Source: Lepidodermella squamata
Taxonomy: Eukaryota > Animalia > Gastrotricha
DNA: 64,000 nucleotides
Reading direction: 5' to 3'
NCBI GenBank assembly: GCA_047495785.1
Contig: JBLDXI010000011.1
Coordinates: 124,001-188,000, forward strand
Shown here: positions 1 to 11,900 of the stretch, one piece after another
Layout: every line of letters starts with the position of its first letter
Position numbering within the stretch: position 1 is the stretch's first letter
Made by a program: the position numbers and the translations under genes
Notes under the pieces: model-generated
What the model saw: only the letters and a program-made list of their open reading frames with translations
Told to the model about the DNA's origin: nothing
Databases searched by the model: none

Positions 1-226
1 TCCAGCCAACCGTGGCTGTGATAGCCACAGTGGCTGAATCAGCTCGTGACCGAGGCAATTAAGAATAAAACCTTATTCGAACTGAAACTTGAACGAAACT
101 TGAACAGCACATAAAACGGACTAATTCTCAATTCTCAAAATTAGCAGTGAATTCCTCGGGTGGAAATTTTACAAACTTAGAAGCTAATTGCTGATTTTAT
201 GTTCGAAAAGCACTTCGAAAATGCTG

Positions 227-495
227 CAAAACCATTAGGACTGTATGCATAAAAGTGTTTGATGACGACAAAGCAACAAGCAACAAGAAGAGCAAACTTT
301 CTGTCATTGGAGTCACATTTAGCATATAGCTGATTCCGGCCTCCGGATAGGCTTGGAAGGCCTTCACAATTCATTGCCTTCAGGAAGGAGTCCTAAGGCC
401 GGAATCAGCTATATGTGACTCCAATGACAGAACTTTGCCTTTTCCGGTTGGTTAGGCGTCTTCAAAAGTTTCAGTGCTGTCCTAATAATGGTTTG
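227..495. repeat. Fold-back/MITE-like inverted repeat
   Basis: Nested inverted arms: TTCTGTCATTGGAGTCACA..ATATAGCTGATTCCGGCCT (~299-342) vs AGGCCGGAATCAGCTATATGTGACTCCAATGACAGAA (~396-432); outer CAAAACCATTAGGAC vs GTCCTAATAATGGTTTG. No coding capacity; TSD not identified. Confidence 0.7.
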
Positions 496-1015
496 TTGGC
501 AAAGATCAACCGTGAAAAGTGGAATGGCGACTCTTTAATTGTTCAATTTTCGCAGAAAAAGGATCCATTGGAAATTGACTCGTTCTGGTTACGATCAAAA
601 GTTATCATTTTGAAAATGGTATTTTTTTGTGAAATAACAACATAGTAACCCCGAGCTGGCCGACGGCGCGAGAACGCTCGAATGGGTCTGAACGGTAGCA
701 CCACCTGCATTTTAGTTGCATACCTAATGCTTCTTCGACATGGGCAAGTAATGTGCTAAACAGAAGCATTTCATATTTCCGAAGATTCCTTTACTATGAT
801 TTATAGCAACAACAGCCTGAAAAGTGCGATTTTAACAACCAAAAATGGTTTCTTTCCAATAAATAAAACAATGGGAAAATTTCTTTCAAGAAAAGAAGTG
901 ACATTATTTAACAAATATAATTGTTGAGAGTTGAGTCGATGCGTAAAATTGCCATTATTCATTGTTCATTAGTGTTGTGTATAATTTCGAGCATTATATC
1001 ATTTATCCAACGATC

Positions 1016-4000
1016 TCATTTGCTCTTGGCCGAAGCACTGCCGCTGCTCCCGCTGTTCAGCAGTTTCGCGACGCCGGCATGGCCGTTGTCGCTGGCGAGT
1101 TGCCCGGCGGTGAGGCCGTGTTTGTCGCGCACGGCTGGGTTGAGGCCGCGGGCGAGCAGCAGGCGCACGATCTCCTCGTTGCCGTTCTCCGCCGCCGGGA
1201 ACAACGCCGAGCATCCGTCGCTGTCCACGTGCGTCGCATCCACGCGACACTCGTCCAGCAAAAACCTGAAAAATCAAAGCGATAACATTATTTGGAAAAA
1301 ATGCTCGATTTTCAAAATAGAAGAAAAATAGAAAAAACTACATAAATTGAGAAAATTAAATATTAACAAATATATTTTCTAAAATTTGAAAAAAATTAAT
1401 TTTAATTTATTTATAAAATTGAAAATTATCCAAACTTTAACATTTTTGCTTTCAATAATTTGATATTTAGATTTTCTTCTTGAAATGATTCTGGAATGAA
1501 ATTTTTCTTTTACTTGACGACATCGACGTGGCAGCCGTTGGCGGCCGGGAACAGCGGGGTGACGCCGAATTTGTCGCTCGCACTCGCGTCGAGGCCGACC
1601 TTTTCGACGAGGTACTTGACGAGGTCGAGGTGGCCGCCCTGGCACGCGTAGAACAGCGTACTGCGGCCGTTTTCACGCTTCAGTGTCCGCAGATCGGCGC
1701 CACTCGCTGCTAACAGTTCGACAACCTGGAAAACAGAAATTATTAAAATAGACAGTATTTTCTTGGTAGTGCCGCCTTTTCTCAACCGTACTTTTCTCAA
1801 CGTGCATTTTTCTCAACGTATTGTTTACACAACAGGTGTTCATCTCAACTACACGCGCGTGTACGAGAGGGCGAATGTGATCGGCGCGCGCGTCGTGGTT
1901 ATCACGAGTGTTTGTAATCGGATTAACAGGTGATACCCACTGCCGTATTCCACACTTCCTGAGACGTTAACAGCTCATTTAGCCAAGTATCAATATAATA
2001 ACACTTATTGAGTCTATTTTGTTGCCGCTTATTAAACTCTTGAAATGCCGCTGTATTGTACTGTGTGCCACAAGGCATATAAAAATGAAAAAGCACTCGC
2101 GGCTCATCAGCGCTTTGCAAAAAGTTGTTATAGGGCCAAGACGCCGGTACCGGTATTGTTCAATGTTCAACAGCTATCGCCGGCAATTGTCAATCGCGTC
2201 TTTGATGAGGTGCAACGCGAAGAATTCACGTCGCCAGTAAGAATTCCAACGACAGAGGAGTTATTGCGGCGTGAGCTGGAGGCCATTAGAACAGAAAATC
2301 GCAATCTCAAGCGAAAACTCGAAGGTGACAGTTTGAATAAGGAAAATGGTGAAGAAATCGCCGAAAATGAAGGTGAAACTGAAGCGGCTAAAACGGCGCG
2401 ATTAGACGAATTGTTGGACACGTCTGGACCTAAAAATGGCAAGCGCTTTGTCACGGCCAAAGGAAATTACGCGACAACAGTTGGGGGTCACATCTACTAC
2501 GACGATAGGCGTAGCGACAGCCGCGTTTATCATCGCTGCCAAAATTCATAGTAAGTTTTTTTTATTTATTTTTTAATTAAATTAAAATTAAATTAAAAAA
2601 AATTAAAAAAATTTAATTTAATTTTTTTATTATTTTTATAGTACTAGTATAAGGTGTACGGCTCAACTTCCCCGAAATCTCGTGCCAGATTTTCCCGTCA
2701 AAGACACCAAGAATTTGGAGCAACTGGCAAAACACCCGGCTATTCAACCCTTTGATTTACCCGCCGATTTTCTCACACCGGTGCACAAACCGAAATGCCT
2801 CGCCAGCCATGCAATGTGCGAAAAAGAGGTGAATATGGCGACATATCGTCACAGAGCTATCACTCAACCGCTAGTCTCGACAGGAAATCATTTTATCGAT
2901 GTTCACAATAACGTTGACGATGATGAGGTGCGGGCCCTAATGCCGACCAAAGTTCAGGCAACTACAAACATCAACAAGATCAAACGTAGGCGTGAAATTT
3001 TTCCTGACTCGCCAGATTCAACCGACGAGCTGCTTTACATCCTGGCTGCCGAGGCCGAGATTTGTGAACGATTTCTGCTGACAAAAACCGACGGTACCAT
3101 GCTGCTTCATTACGAAATCGACGAACCCGGTCACGGATTCATGATTCTAGCGACCGACGCCGCGCTGCTTCGATTGAGTAAATCGACGCGCATTTATGTT
3201 GATGGAACCTTCGAGATAGTTCCGCCCTTGTTCGATCAGTTGTGGACGATCCATCACGAGGAGAAAGGTGTTGGCCAACCTGCTATCTTCGTTCTCTCGA
3301 CTGATAGGACCAGTGACAGTTACGAGCGAATTCTCGGCGTTGTTCTTGAGCATGTCGAGCGCGTTAATCCCGAGTACGCGTGGAAGGAGGTCACCACCGA
3401 CTTCGAGAGCGGCCTTTTGCCCGTGCTGAGAAAACTGGTGACTAGAAATGGCAAACTTGTCATTAAGGGCTGCTTCTTCCATTTCTCTGATAGCATGCGT
3501 CGGTGGGTAGACAGGAATGGCCTCAAAACTGTTTACGAAGCCCCGGCTCCTCGCGATGAGGCGGGTCAACTGCTGGGTCCCAACATAGTTCGTCGATTCA
3601 TTCGGCGCTTCATGTACGTCGCCTTCGTCCCTCTCGAGGACGTTAAACCGGTCGTTCTACATTTGATCAACGTCATGCCTCCTAGGCTGAAAAACCTTGA
3701 TTTCGCGGGTTATTTTCGCCACACATGGCTCACTCTGTACCCGGAGAACGAATGGAACGTCTACGACGAAGACCGTCGAACGAATAACATCGCGGAGAGC
3801 TTCCATCACGCCCTTGACAGCCGAACAGTCAACAAGACCGACTGCGAATTCTGGCGCTTCATTTGCCTTTTGAAGGGTGAAGACCGGCGTGTCGGTGGCG
3901 AGTGCCTTCAACAGCAGTTGGGCAAGAAAGTCAGGAAAACAAACAATGCCTCGATCAGTAAAGAGCATCAGCTAGCTACGTTATTTGCTGAGCTCGCGCT

Positions 4001-7000
4001 CGACTTACAGTCCTTGAAAGACAATGCGCGCATACTACGTCTCGTAAAATTTATCGACGCTGTTGCTCTGATTCAAAGCGCGTCGTATTAAGTTGAACAC
4101 TTGTTACGCAATAAATTACACCTGTTGAGATAAATGCGTGTTGAGTAAATGCGTGTTGAGAACGAAATGCACTGTTGAGAAAAGTACGGTTGAGAAAAGG
4201 ATGGCGAACCATTTTCTTTCAAATGTCCAAGTTCCAAGTTCTAAGCTCAATATTTATAAACTATAAACATGTTTAGAATCTTTTTAATTTAAGCAAATAA
4301 TTAAATCAAAATTATGGATGAAAATTTATAAAAATATAATTACCGTATTTTCCGTATTAGCTTCAGGGGGCATTGTGTTTTCAAAGCTTCGAAAAAGGGG
4401 GGTTGTAAACGGGACGTGTTACAATTGCGAGCATGCGACTTTATTATTTCAAAGCAAGTTTTCAAGCGTTAAAATTGAGTAAAATTAGAATAAATTGATA
4501 ATTTTTAAACTAAAGTCAACAACTCTTCATCAAAATCGAGAACTTCATCGTTCGATAGTAGCGAGTTCTCAGCCATTTTATGCAAATTATTAAACATTTA
4601 AAATTTTTGAGTTTTTTCAAATGATGGCTGCTAGGAAATCGAACGCTACTTAGGCAATTTTCGTTGCTTAAATTCTCTCACTCAGCTATGTTTCCCAATT
4701 TTCTATCAAACATGCCTATCAAACGCTTCAGAAATGGAATTTCAAAAGAGTATGCGCAATTATTTTTAAATGCGATTTTCAAAGTTTGATGTAAAATTTA
4801 GATCGCGGGTAGCTATTGCGAGTATGAGGCTTTATATCTTCAAAGGCCTTGAAAAGGGGGGTTGTAAACGGGACGGGCGGTAATAACGGGTATATGAAGC
4901 TATTACGGAATATACGGTAATCACATTTCATTTTTCTGAATTTTTCTGAATTTTAGGATATTCCTATTATTTATTACTATATTTGATGATTTTACCAATG
5001 ACGAACCTCAAGATGGCCGTGTTCGGCGGCTAGAAACGCCGGCGTGACGCCTTTTTCGTCATGCTCATCGACATGCGCGCCTTTCTCGATAAGAAACCGC
5101 ACGAACTCGGTTTCACCGGCGGCAGCGGCTAGGAAAAAGGCCGTCCGGCCGTCCTTGTCCTTGGCGTGCTGGTCGCAGCCGGCGTTGAGCAGCAGCTGGC
5201 CGAGTTCGACGAAGCCGTTCTGCGCCGCCAAAAACAACGGCGTCCAGTTGTAGCCGTCACGGTGGTTCACATTCGCATGTGCCACGCTCACCAGGTAGTC
5301 GGTCACCTCGACGTGGCCCTCGTCGACGGCGAAAAACAACGCCGTCATCCCACGCTCGTCTGTATCTTCCTATTAAAAAATTTAATATCACAAATTTAAA
5401 ATTAACTCCTAAAATTCAAGCTACTTCAAGTTCGCAACAATAATTTGTCAAAATATTAAAAATTTCCGATATATTTGAAATTTAAATATGAAAACTAAAA
5501 TAATAAATTTAAAATTTGAATTTTGATTTAATTTCGTTGAATTCATTAAAAAAGTTGATCCATTTAAAATTGATTTTTTCCTTGGCAAAACGAATTAAAA
5601 AACATTGAAATTTAAAAAATTTCAATTGTCGAAGGACTGCAAATTTTAGAAAATGAACGATATCGATTTAAAAATGGCTTCAATATTAAATTCCGAATCA
5701 ATTTGCCCTGATCAATTTTCCTAATTGAAAATTATGTAAAATTATTTTAAAAAAAAGTGTTAATATTCAGCAACTTACGAGATCGCATCCGTTTGCGAGG
5801 TAGTACTGCACGAGGTCGAGGTAGCCGTTGCGCGCCGCCGGGAACAGCGCCGTGCAGCCGTACGCGTCCTTGTGCCGCACGTCGCCGCCCCGCGCCACCA
5901 GCAGCTCGATGACGTCGAGGTGGCCGTGCTCGGTCGCCGGGTACAGCGGCGTCACGCTCTCCGAGTCGGCCTCTTCCGGCGACAGCCCGGCCTCGATCAG
6001 CATCACCACTATGTCCTTGTGGCCGTCCTGCGCCGCTGAGAAGAGCGCCGTGCGGCCGTTGTGGCTCAACTTGCGCCGCACATCCGCGCCCTTCGACAAC
6101 AGGTATTTCGCGCATTGCAAGTGGCCGTTCGCGCAGGCGAGGAACAACGGCGTCACACCGGCGTTGTCTGTCTCTTCGATTTTAGCCCCGCCCTTTTCGA
6201 CTAGCAACTGCACGATTTCGTCATAGCCCTAATAAAAACGCAAATAAATAGAAAAAGTAAAAAATGATTCAATCAAAATTCAATAAAAAAATCATTCTAA
6301 AATTCATTTCCGGATATAAGGCAATTTATTCCAATAGCCGATTTAGACATCTCAATGAGTAATCCCAACACGTCATTTTCAGTTATTTGAATCAGTTTTA
6401 AAAATTTGGAAACCAACCAAGATCGCAGAATAGCCCTTCGCCTATCTAGCAGATCTTCTAATACAACTTTTACGGCATCTGCGTGTTTTATGAGTTTTTA
6501 AAAGGCTTGCGCATTTTTGCTCATTGAGCCCATTGGCGGGATTGCCTTATACGATATGACTACGATTTTTCAAATTTTCTCTCCGAATTTGAATATTTTT
6601 TGAAAATTTTAAATAGTTTCAAATTTGGATTTTAATTATTCAATCTAACAAAAGAAAATAGTATTTGAAATAATAGGGGATTGACATCGGCTTCGTTCAG
6701 GTTAATTGAAAACTTTGAAACATTTTAAACTAATTTCAGGAAAAACAGGGAAAACATTCATTCGCGATTGCGGCTTGCGTTACATAAAAATTTTTGATAT
6801 TCACCCCGAAATCATGATAAATTCTATAAGATATCGTTGGCAGCGCGGCAGAAGGAACCTTTAGGCTTATTGTTGACATGACGTAACTTACCGCCAGTAA
6901 TAGAACAACAGGTTATAGGAGCACATTAAAAAGCAGTCATTTAACGTCAACTAAAATGAGAGGAAAGAATTGTTTGCCTTGCATCGTGTATGCCATATAA

Positions 7001-8271
7001 TACTCAGTGAATACTACCAAATAGCAGTAAAGAAGGTTAATAATAAGTTGAAGTTAAAAAAGTAAGTGGAATGAAATTGCCGTTAACATCATGTGAAAAG
7101 TGGGGTTTGCGTTAATTTTACGAGACGATTCTTGGTTTCCTAGTTTTCCTTACTTCGTTTTTCTTAAGGATTTCGAATTTTCAAAAATAAGACTTCTCGG
7201 AGGCTCCCATCCACATCAAACGAATTGATTTGAAAGTGGCATCAAAATTGCACGATGTCAAAAATTTCGCCAAACCCCACTTTTCATTTGTTAACGGTCA
7301 AATGTAATAAATATGCGTATTTAATGCTATTTTCATGTTTACTCATTGTATTATACGGATTCATGGCAAAGCATGTCAGTTAAAGTCAGTGACGATAAAA
7401 CTAAAAACCTTCATAGCCTTAATGCATACGTTTCTTCAACAAGTTGTGATTTTGAAAAAGCGGAAAGCGTCTTGCCGGTTTTGTTTAGATGAATTTTGTT
7501 GACTAAACAAAATAGAACAAAGTATTTCGGACCAAGTGCAACTTCGCTGGCGGTGAATTTGACAAAAAATTAAACAAGCCTAGAGGTTCCTTTTGCCTTC
7601 TGACTTCCAAAAATCAGGATTTTCGAGAATTTATTCCATTTTGCTATTCTGAAAAAAAATAAAATTAATTCGTAATTTTCTCTATACAACTGAATAATCC
7701 ATCAATTATCAAATTTAATTATTTTGAGGATTTTCGAGTTTTTTCGTCGACTTTTCAATTATTTTCGAAATCTTGGCGCTGCAAAATCGGAGCAAGAAAA
7801 AATAATGTAATGTCAACCTTTAGAGCGGCTAGAAAGAGAGGCGTGATGCCGTTGTGGTCCTTGAGGTGCGGCGAGGCGCCGTTGGCGAGCAGCACCTGGC
7901 ACGCCTGCAGGTGGCCGTTCCACGCGGCGCGGAACAACGCCGTCAGCCCGCCCTCGTCCGTCGCATTCACGTCGATTTTCGACGACGACGACGACTTGCC
8001 GAGCAGCTCGCGCAGCTTATCGGCCTGGCCTTCGGCGGCTGCGTTGAAAAACTCCTCCAGTTTGGCGCTACTGCTACCACTACTGCCAGCAGATGATGCT
8101 TGTAGCGAGGATGACGACTGCGGTTTATTGCTGCTTTTAGCTGACGACGCTGTAGCCGGCTTTTTCCTAGAAAAATTTGCGGTTTTTTCGTTAATTATGG
8201 CAAAAAACAGCTCTCAAGAGGACTCACGAGGCTGAATTCGGTTTAGCGGCGGCTGCCGGCTTGCTGGCCAT
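1016..8271 (-). CDS. Ankyrin-repeat protein, ~555 aa, 6 coding exons (8271-8228, 8166-7818, 6228-5779, 5369-5007, 1725-1514, 1265-1016)
   Basis: About 14 tandem ankyrin repeats (G.TALF.AA..GH...V..LL..GA) in GC-rich exons. All introns are GT-AG with consistent phases (e.g. LAALK|GYDEIVQ, GCDL|EDTDERG, HGHLE|VVELL). Short Ser/Lys-rich N- and C-termini; no other domain seen. Confidence 0.88.
1765..4210 (+). mobile_element. Autonomous Mutator-like (MULE) DNA transposon in an intron of the ankyrin gene
   Basis: Imperfect TIRs GGTAGTGCCGCCTTTTCTCAACCGTACTTTTCTCAAC.. / ..GTTGAGAAAAGTACGGTTGAGAAAAGGATGGCGAACC, built from CTCAAC subrepeats. Perfect 8-bp TSD ATTTTCTT (1757-1764, 4211-4218). Encodes a MULE transposase. 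Confidence 0.93.
2045..4091 (+). CDS. MULE transposase, ~651 aa, 2 exons (2045-2550, 2642-4091)
   Basis: N-terminal Cx2C..H zinc finger. FLYWCH-like YHRCQNSY/TSIRCTAQL is restored in frame by intron 2551-2641 (GTAAGT..TTTATAG). Catalytic motifs IYVDGTF, TTDFESGL, GCFFHF, RTNNIAESFH. No stops or frameshifts. Confidence 0.9.
4343..4917. mobile_element. Non-autonomous Tc2/pogo-like MITE
   Basis: TA-flanked TIRs CCGTATTTTCCGTATTAGCTTCA / TGAAGCTATTACGGAATATACGG. Internal direct repeat AAAAGGGGGGTTGTAAACGGGACG near both ends (~4393, ~4852). Confidence 0.75.
6847..7597. repeat. Degenerate nested inverted repeats (old MITE-like remnants) in an ankyrin intron
   Basis: Outer GGCAGAAGGAACCTTTAGGCTT / AAGCCTAGAGGTTCCTTTTGCC; inner TGAAAAGTGGGGTTTG (7094) / CAAACCCCACTTTTCA (7271). 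Confidence 0.55.
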
Positions 8272-8969
8272 TTTCACCTAGAGTCGATTCGTCGTCGTCG
8301 TAGTAGAAGCCTGGATGTAGTACTATTAGGGGCTTTATACTACTCTATTGTGTGGCTGTGTGGCTGTGTATGGCTGAATGCTGAATGCTGCGAGAGTGAG
8401 TCACAGCCACAGGCGGCAGAAATGAAGCGGTTGCTAGGCAACGCGAGACGGCGCCACCTATCGTTGTTTACGCCGCGCGAGTTTTGTTGTTATTCATTAT
8501 TTATTATTGTCATAATAATAATAATAAAAACACACATCATTGATCCTTTTTGTTAAAGAATTTATCGGTCTGCTCGCCTATAGAGTCTAGCCGCACAGCA
8601 ATCTTTCGCTCGTATACCGTGAAAAATCAATCGATAATATGTCGATTTCTGTCGAAAACAATTGTTTCGCCTCATTCAATTCTCCAAGAACGATTTGGTC
8701 ATCGATTTCGAAAATCAGTGATTTCTGATATCGAAAATGACACCAATTAAAACGAGTTCATATTAAACACTCATCATCCAATATTTTATTTGATACGGTT
8801 AAATTTCCAAAAAGTTTGATATATGGGGCGTTTCGTACGTAATGTTCGATTGATTGTGTATCCATTGAACCAAGTTCGGTTTTTGATGGCCAACTGATTC
8901 CTGCCTATTCTCACCTGAAAAAAAACATCTCCCATACGCAAAAACCGAAAAGCAAATGATAGGAACATA

Positions 8970-11900
8970 TTAGAAGCTCAAGCGAACTTAAAACAACACA
9001 GTTACCAGCGGTGCGATTAGACCCCCTTGCCACTTCAACTTACGATCACACTCGAACGGGCCGTAGTACCACTTGCTAGCCAGGCCGCAGTTGACAGTGA
9101 TGAAGCGCTGCTGGTTCCAGGGTGTCACCTGTGGTACACAATCAACGGCTTTATAAGTTCGCCAAAACCCGTCTTTAAACTCACGGTATCATTGGGGCAG
9201 TACAGAAACGTGGATGTCGTGTACGAGAAGAACGGCTTCGATTCGTTCGTCGTCGCCATCAGATCGTGCCACTGCCCGCGCAGGAACACCGGCACCAACC
9301 GATCCGGGCGGCGGCACCCCAGCGACGTGATGTACACCGAGGCTGTGATGCGCTTGCCCGGGCGCGGCAGTCGGTTGCCGCAGTAGAGCCGGCCCTCAGG
9401 GTGGGGCACCCCGGACCCGGAGTCGTCGCAGTCGCTCGAGCACTCCGACTCGTCGACAGCCTGCGTCGAGACGGGTTTCGCCCGCAGGCACAGACAGTAC
9501 GCCGTCGTCATGCCGCAGTACGCCGTTTCGTTGTACATGCACGCGTCACGGCACAGCCTCGCTAGTTCGGCGTTCAACAGTCGAAGATCCTGGTCCGCAG
9601 CCGCGCTCGTCAGTTTGAGAGCTCCGTCATTGTAGGCAGCGGCTGCGAGGGAGGACAGTTTGATGGCGAGGTAAATGTCCGAATCCGGGTCGAGGGCGGA
9701 GCAGCCGCGGTAGTACGCGCTCAGCTGGCAGTCCATGACCGGCCGCGTGACGTTGGTCGCGTTCGAAACGGCTGGCACCCAGGCGCCGGCTGTCGAGCAG
9801 CGGATCGTCTGCTCGTAGCCGAGGAACACCGCCGAGTCGTCGTTGCCCACCGTCAGTTCGTTGCCGCTCAAGCAGCGGTAGTTTACGTAGGAGCGGAAAA
9901 GGCGCGACGTTCCGTTGTTCGTCGAGTTGGCGACAGCCGGGAAGGGCGGGCAGCTTTTGACTGCATAGACACAACGTCTTACAGTGAAAGAAATCCGGAA
10001 ACCGAAGCATTACTTACTTGTGCAAGTGAACGGAGTCGGTTTCCAGACACTCGTTCCAGTGGCTGAGTCAAAGAGGCAGTACCGCAGTGTGTCCCGGTCT
10101 TCGAGGCCGTTTTTCACCTCGAAACCAGGTTCTATCAGAACAAAAAGTGGGTGAAATGAGAGAATATTCATTTATCATTTGTCCCATAGAGAACGAAGTA
10201 CCGCAATCCGTTCTCTATGTTTTGTCCCCAGTTCCCAGTTTATCCTCCACGGAAATCCGGTTCAAAGAATCAACCGAACTGAAGCTTTTCAGATCCCATG
10301 ATAGCGACAGATTTCGAGAACTTCTGAAACCCTACCTTCAATTCCTAATCAACTACTTCCTACACTTAGAATCAATTGAAGTATTTCAACACATCCCGAG
10401 TTTATAGCCTTGTTGAGTTTCTAGAAATACATTTGCTTCACTGATGTTTCAAACCTTGGTTAAATATCGAAGTTGCTATGTGCTATGTATCAGTATCAAC
10501 TGAGAAATGAAGCTTACGGCAAGACTGCAGCATGGTGCTCATGAACGACGGGAAAGGCGGATCAGTAGCCGAAACAATAGGCGTAATGTTGTAGAACTCC
10601 ACATCGAACTTGGAACAATTTTGACCTGTTTATGGGCATTACAAATCTGTAAAATCTCATTCTACTGCGGCAAATGTCATACGCGTGCAAATCGGAAGAG
10701 ACGGAGCCCAAATGCCGCTTCCAAGACATTTTGACGCAACTGATATGGGCATGAAACCGGCTTGACACGAAAAAGCGTTAACTGCGACGCCAGTAAACTC
10801 GTTGTACGAACCCCCGCTGACTGCGGCAGGTAATTTCAACACTTTTTGGTTGATAATGGGGCAGCTGGTCTCGCGCCACCGCTCCGAGCCACCAACGCAT
10901 TGCACGTCGACTCGAAAACCGACGGTTTGGTCCGGGATGCTAGGGTTAGCTGGGCAGGTGAACGAATACGTTGAGCTCAAGTTGTATTGCAGAGCGAATG
11001 GGGTGGTGTAGGAGTATCCGAAATCAGGACAAGGCGGGGTGGGACGAGGGCATTGCTCGACTGAGCACGGTTTGACGCAGGAATGAGGCAATTTGCATAC
11101 GACACCTTTTTGATACGAATTACTCATGTAACCGGACTTCATCTGGCTCCAAAATGGGTTGATCATCGAGGGGAAGGCGTCGAGCTGGCCCCCGAGTTTC
11201 GTCTCATTCATCCATCTGCCTGGTGGCAATGCGTACGGAATGCTTACATTATTAGCAAGGCGCCAAACAGTATTGTCCCAAATCACTATAATATTGTTAG
11301 AAAAATTATGCAATCAATGTTTGAAACCACGAACAGCAGACTTACTGTCGTTACGCCAAATCGAAACGTTGCGACATGAAGTTTGCAGGCCTTTGATGTC
11401 GCGTGTTGTCAACGCAACCGAGTAGAGCGCGACGCAGGTGAGTTGGCCGCGGAACGCACCGATTGACACGCTGATAGCGTCAATCAAGACTGAGCCGTTG
11501 ATATTTGCCCTTCCGCAACGGGTGGCGTTGATATACGCCTCAGCGATTCCATTCGTTACCACCAGTATGACGTGGCTCCAGTTGCCTATCGGAACCAAAC
11601 AGTCCGTCATAGGGTATCGGGTGCTATTCACACGTAGCTCCAGCGAGTCTGACGAGCCCAACGCAAATCCTGATCTCGTAAGATTGAATACTGTTCCATA
11701 GCTCGAGGTGAGTGGTTTCAGGTACAGCGATAGTGTAAGACTTTGAAGCACTGGACTGTACCACAACTGGGTGTCGTACGAAAAGTTCGACAATGAGCTG
11801 GTGAATTCGTACGAGCCGTTCGACCACGGCCCGACGTTGTACACAATTTCGCCTGAATCGCGAGGTTTAGCCGCCGAGGCGACGTAGTTGTTGGCGATAT

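Noticed and set aside
2549-2551. Apparent stop splitting the MULE transposase into two ORFs
   Set aside because: The TAG overlaps the GTAAGT donor; splicing 2551-2641 restores one frame.
921-8235. Plus-strand ORFs overlapping ankyrin exons (e.g. 921-1331, 5828-6226, 7810-8235)
   Set aside because: Antisense shadows of GC-rich coding exons, with no motifs of their own.
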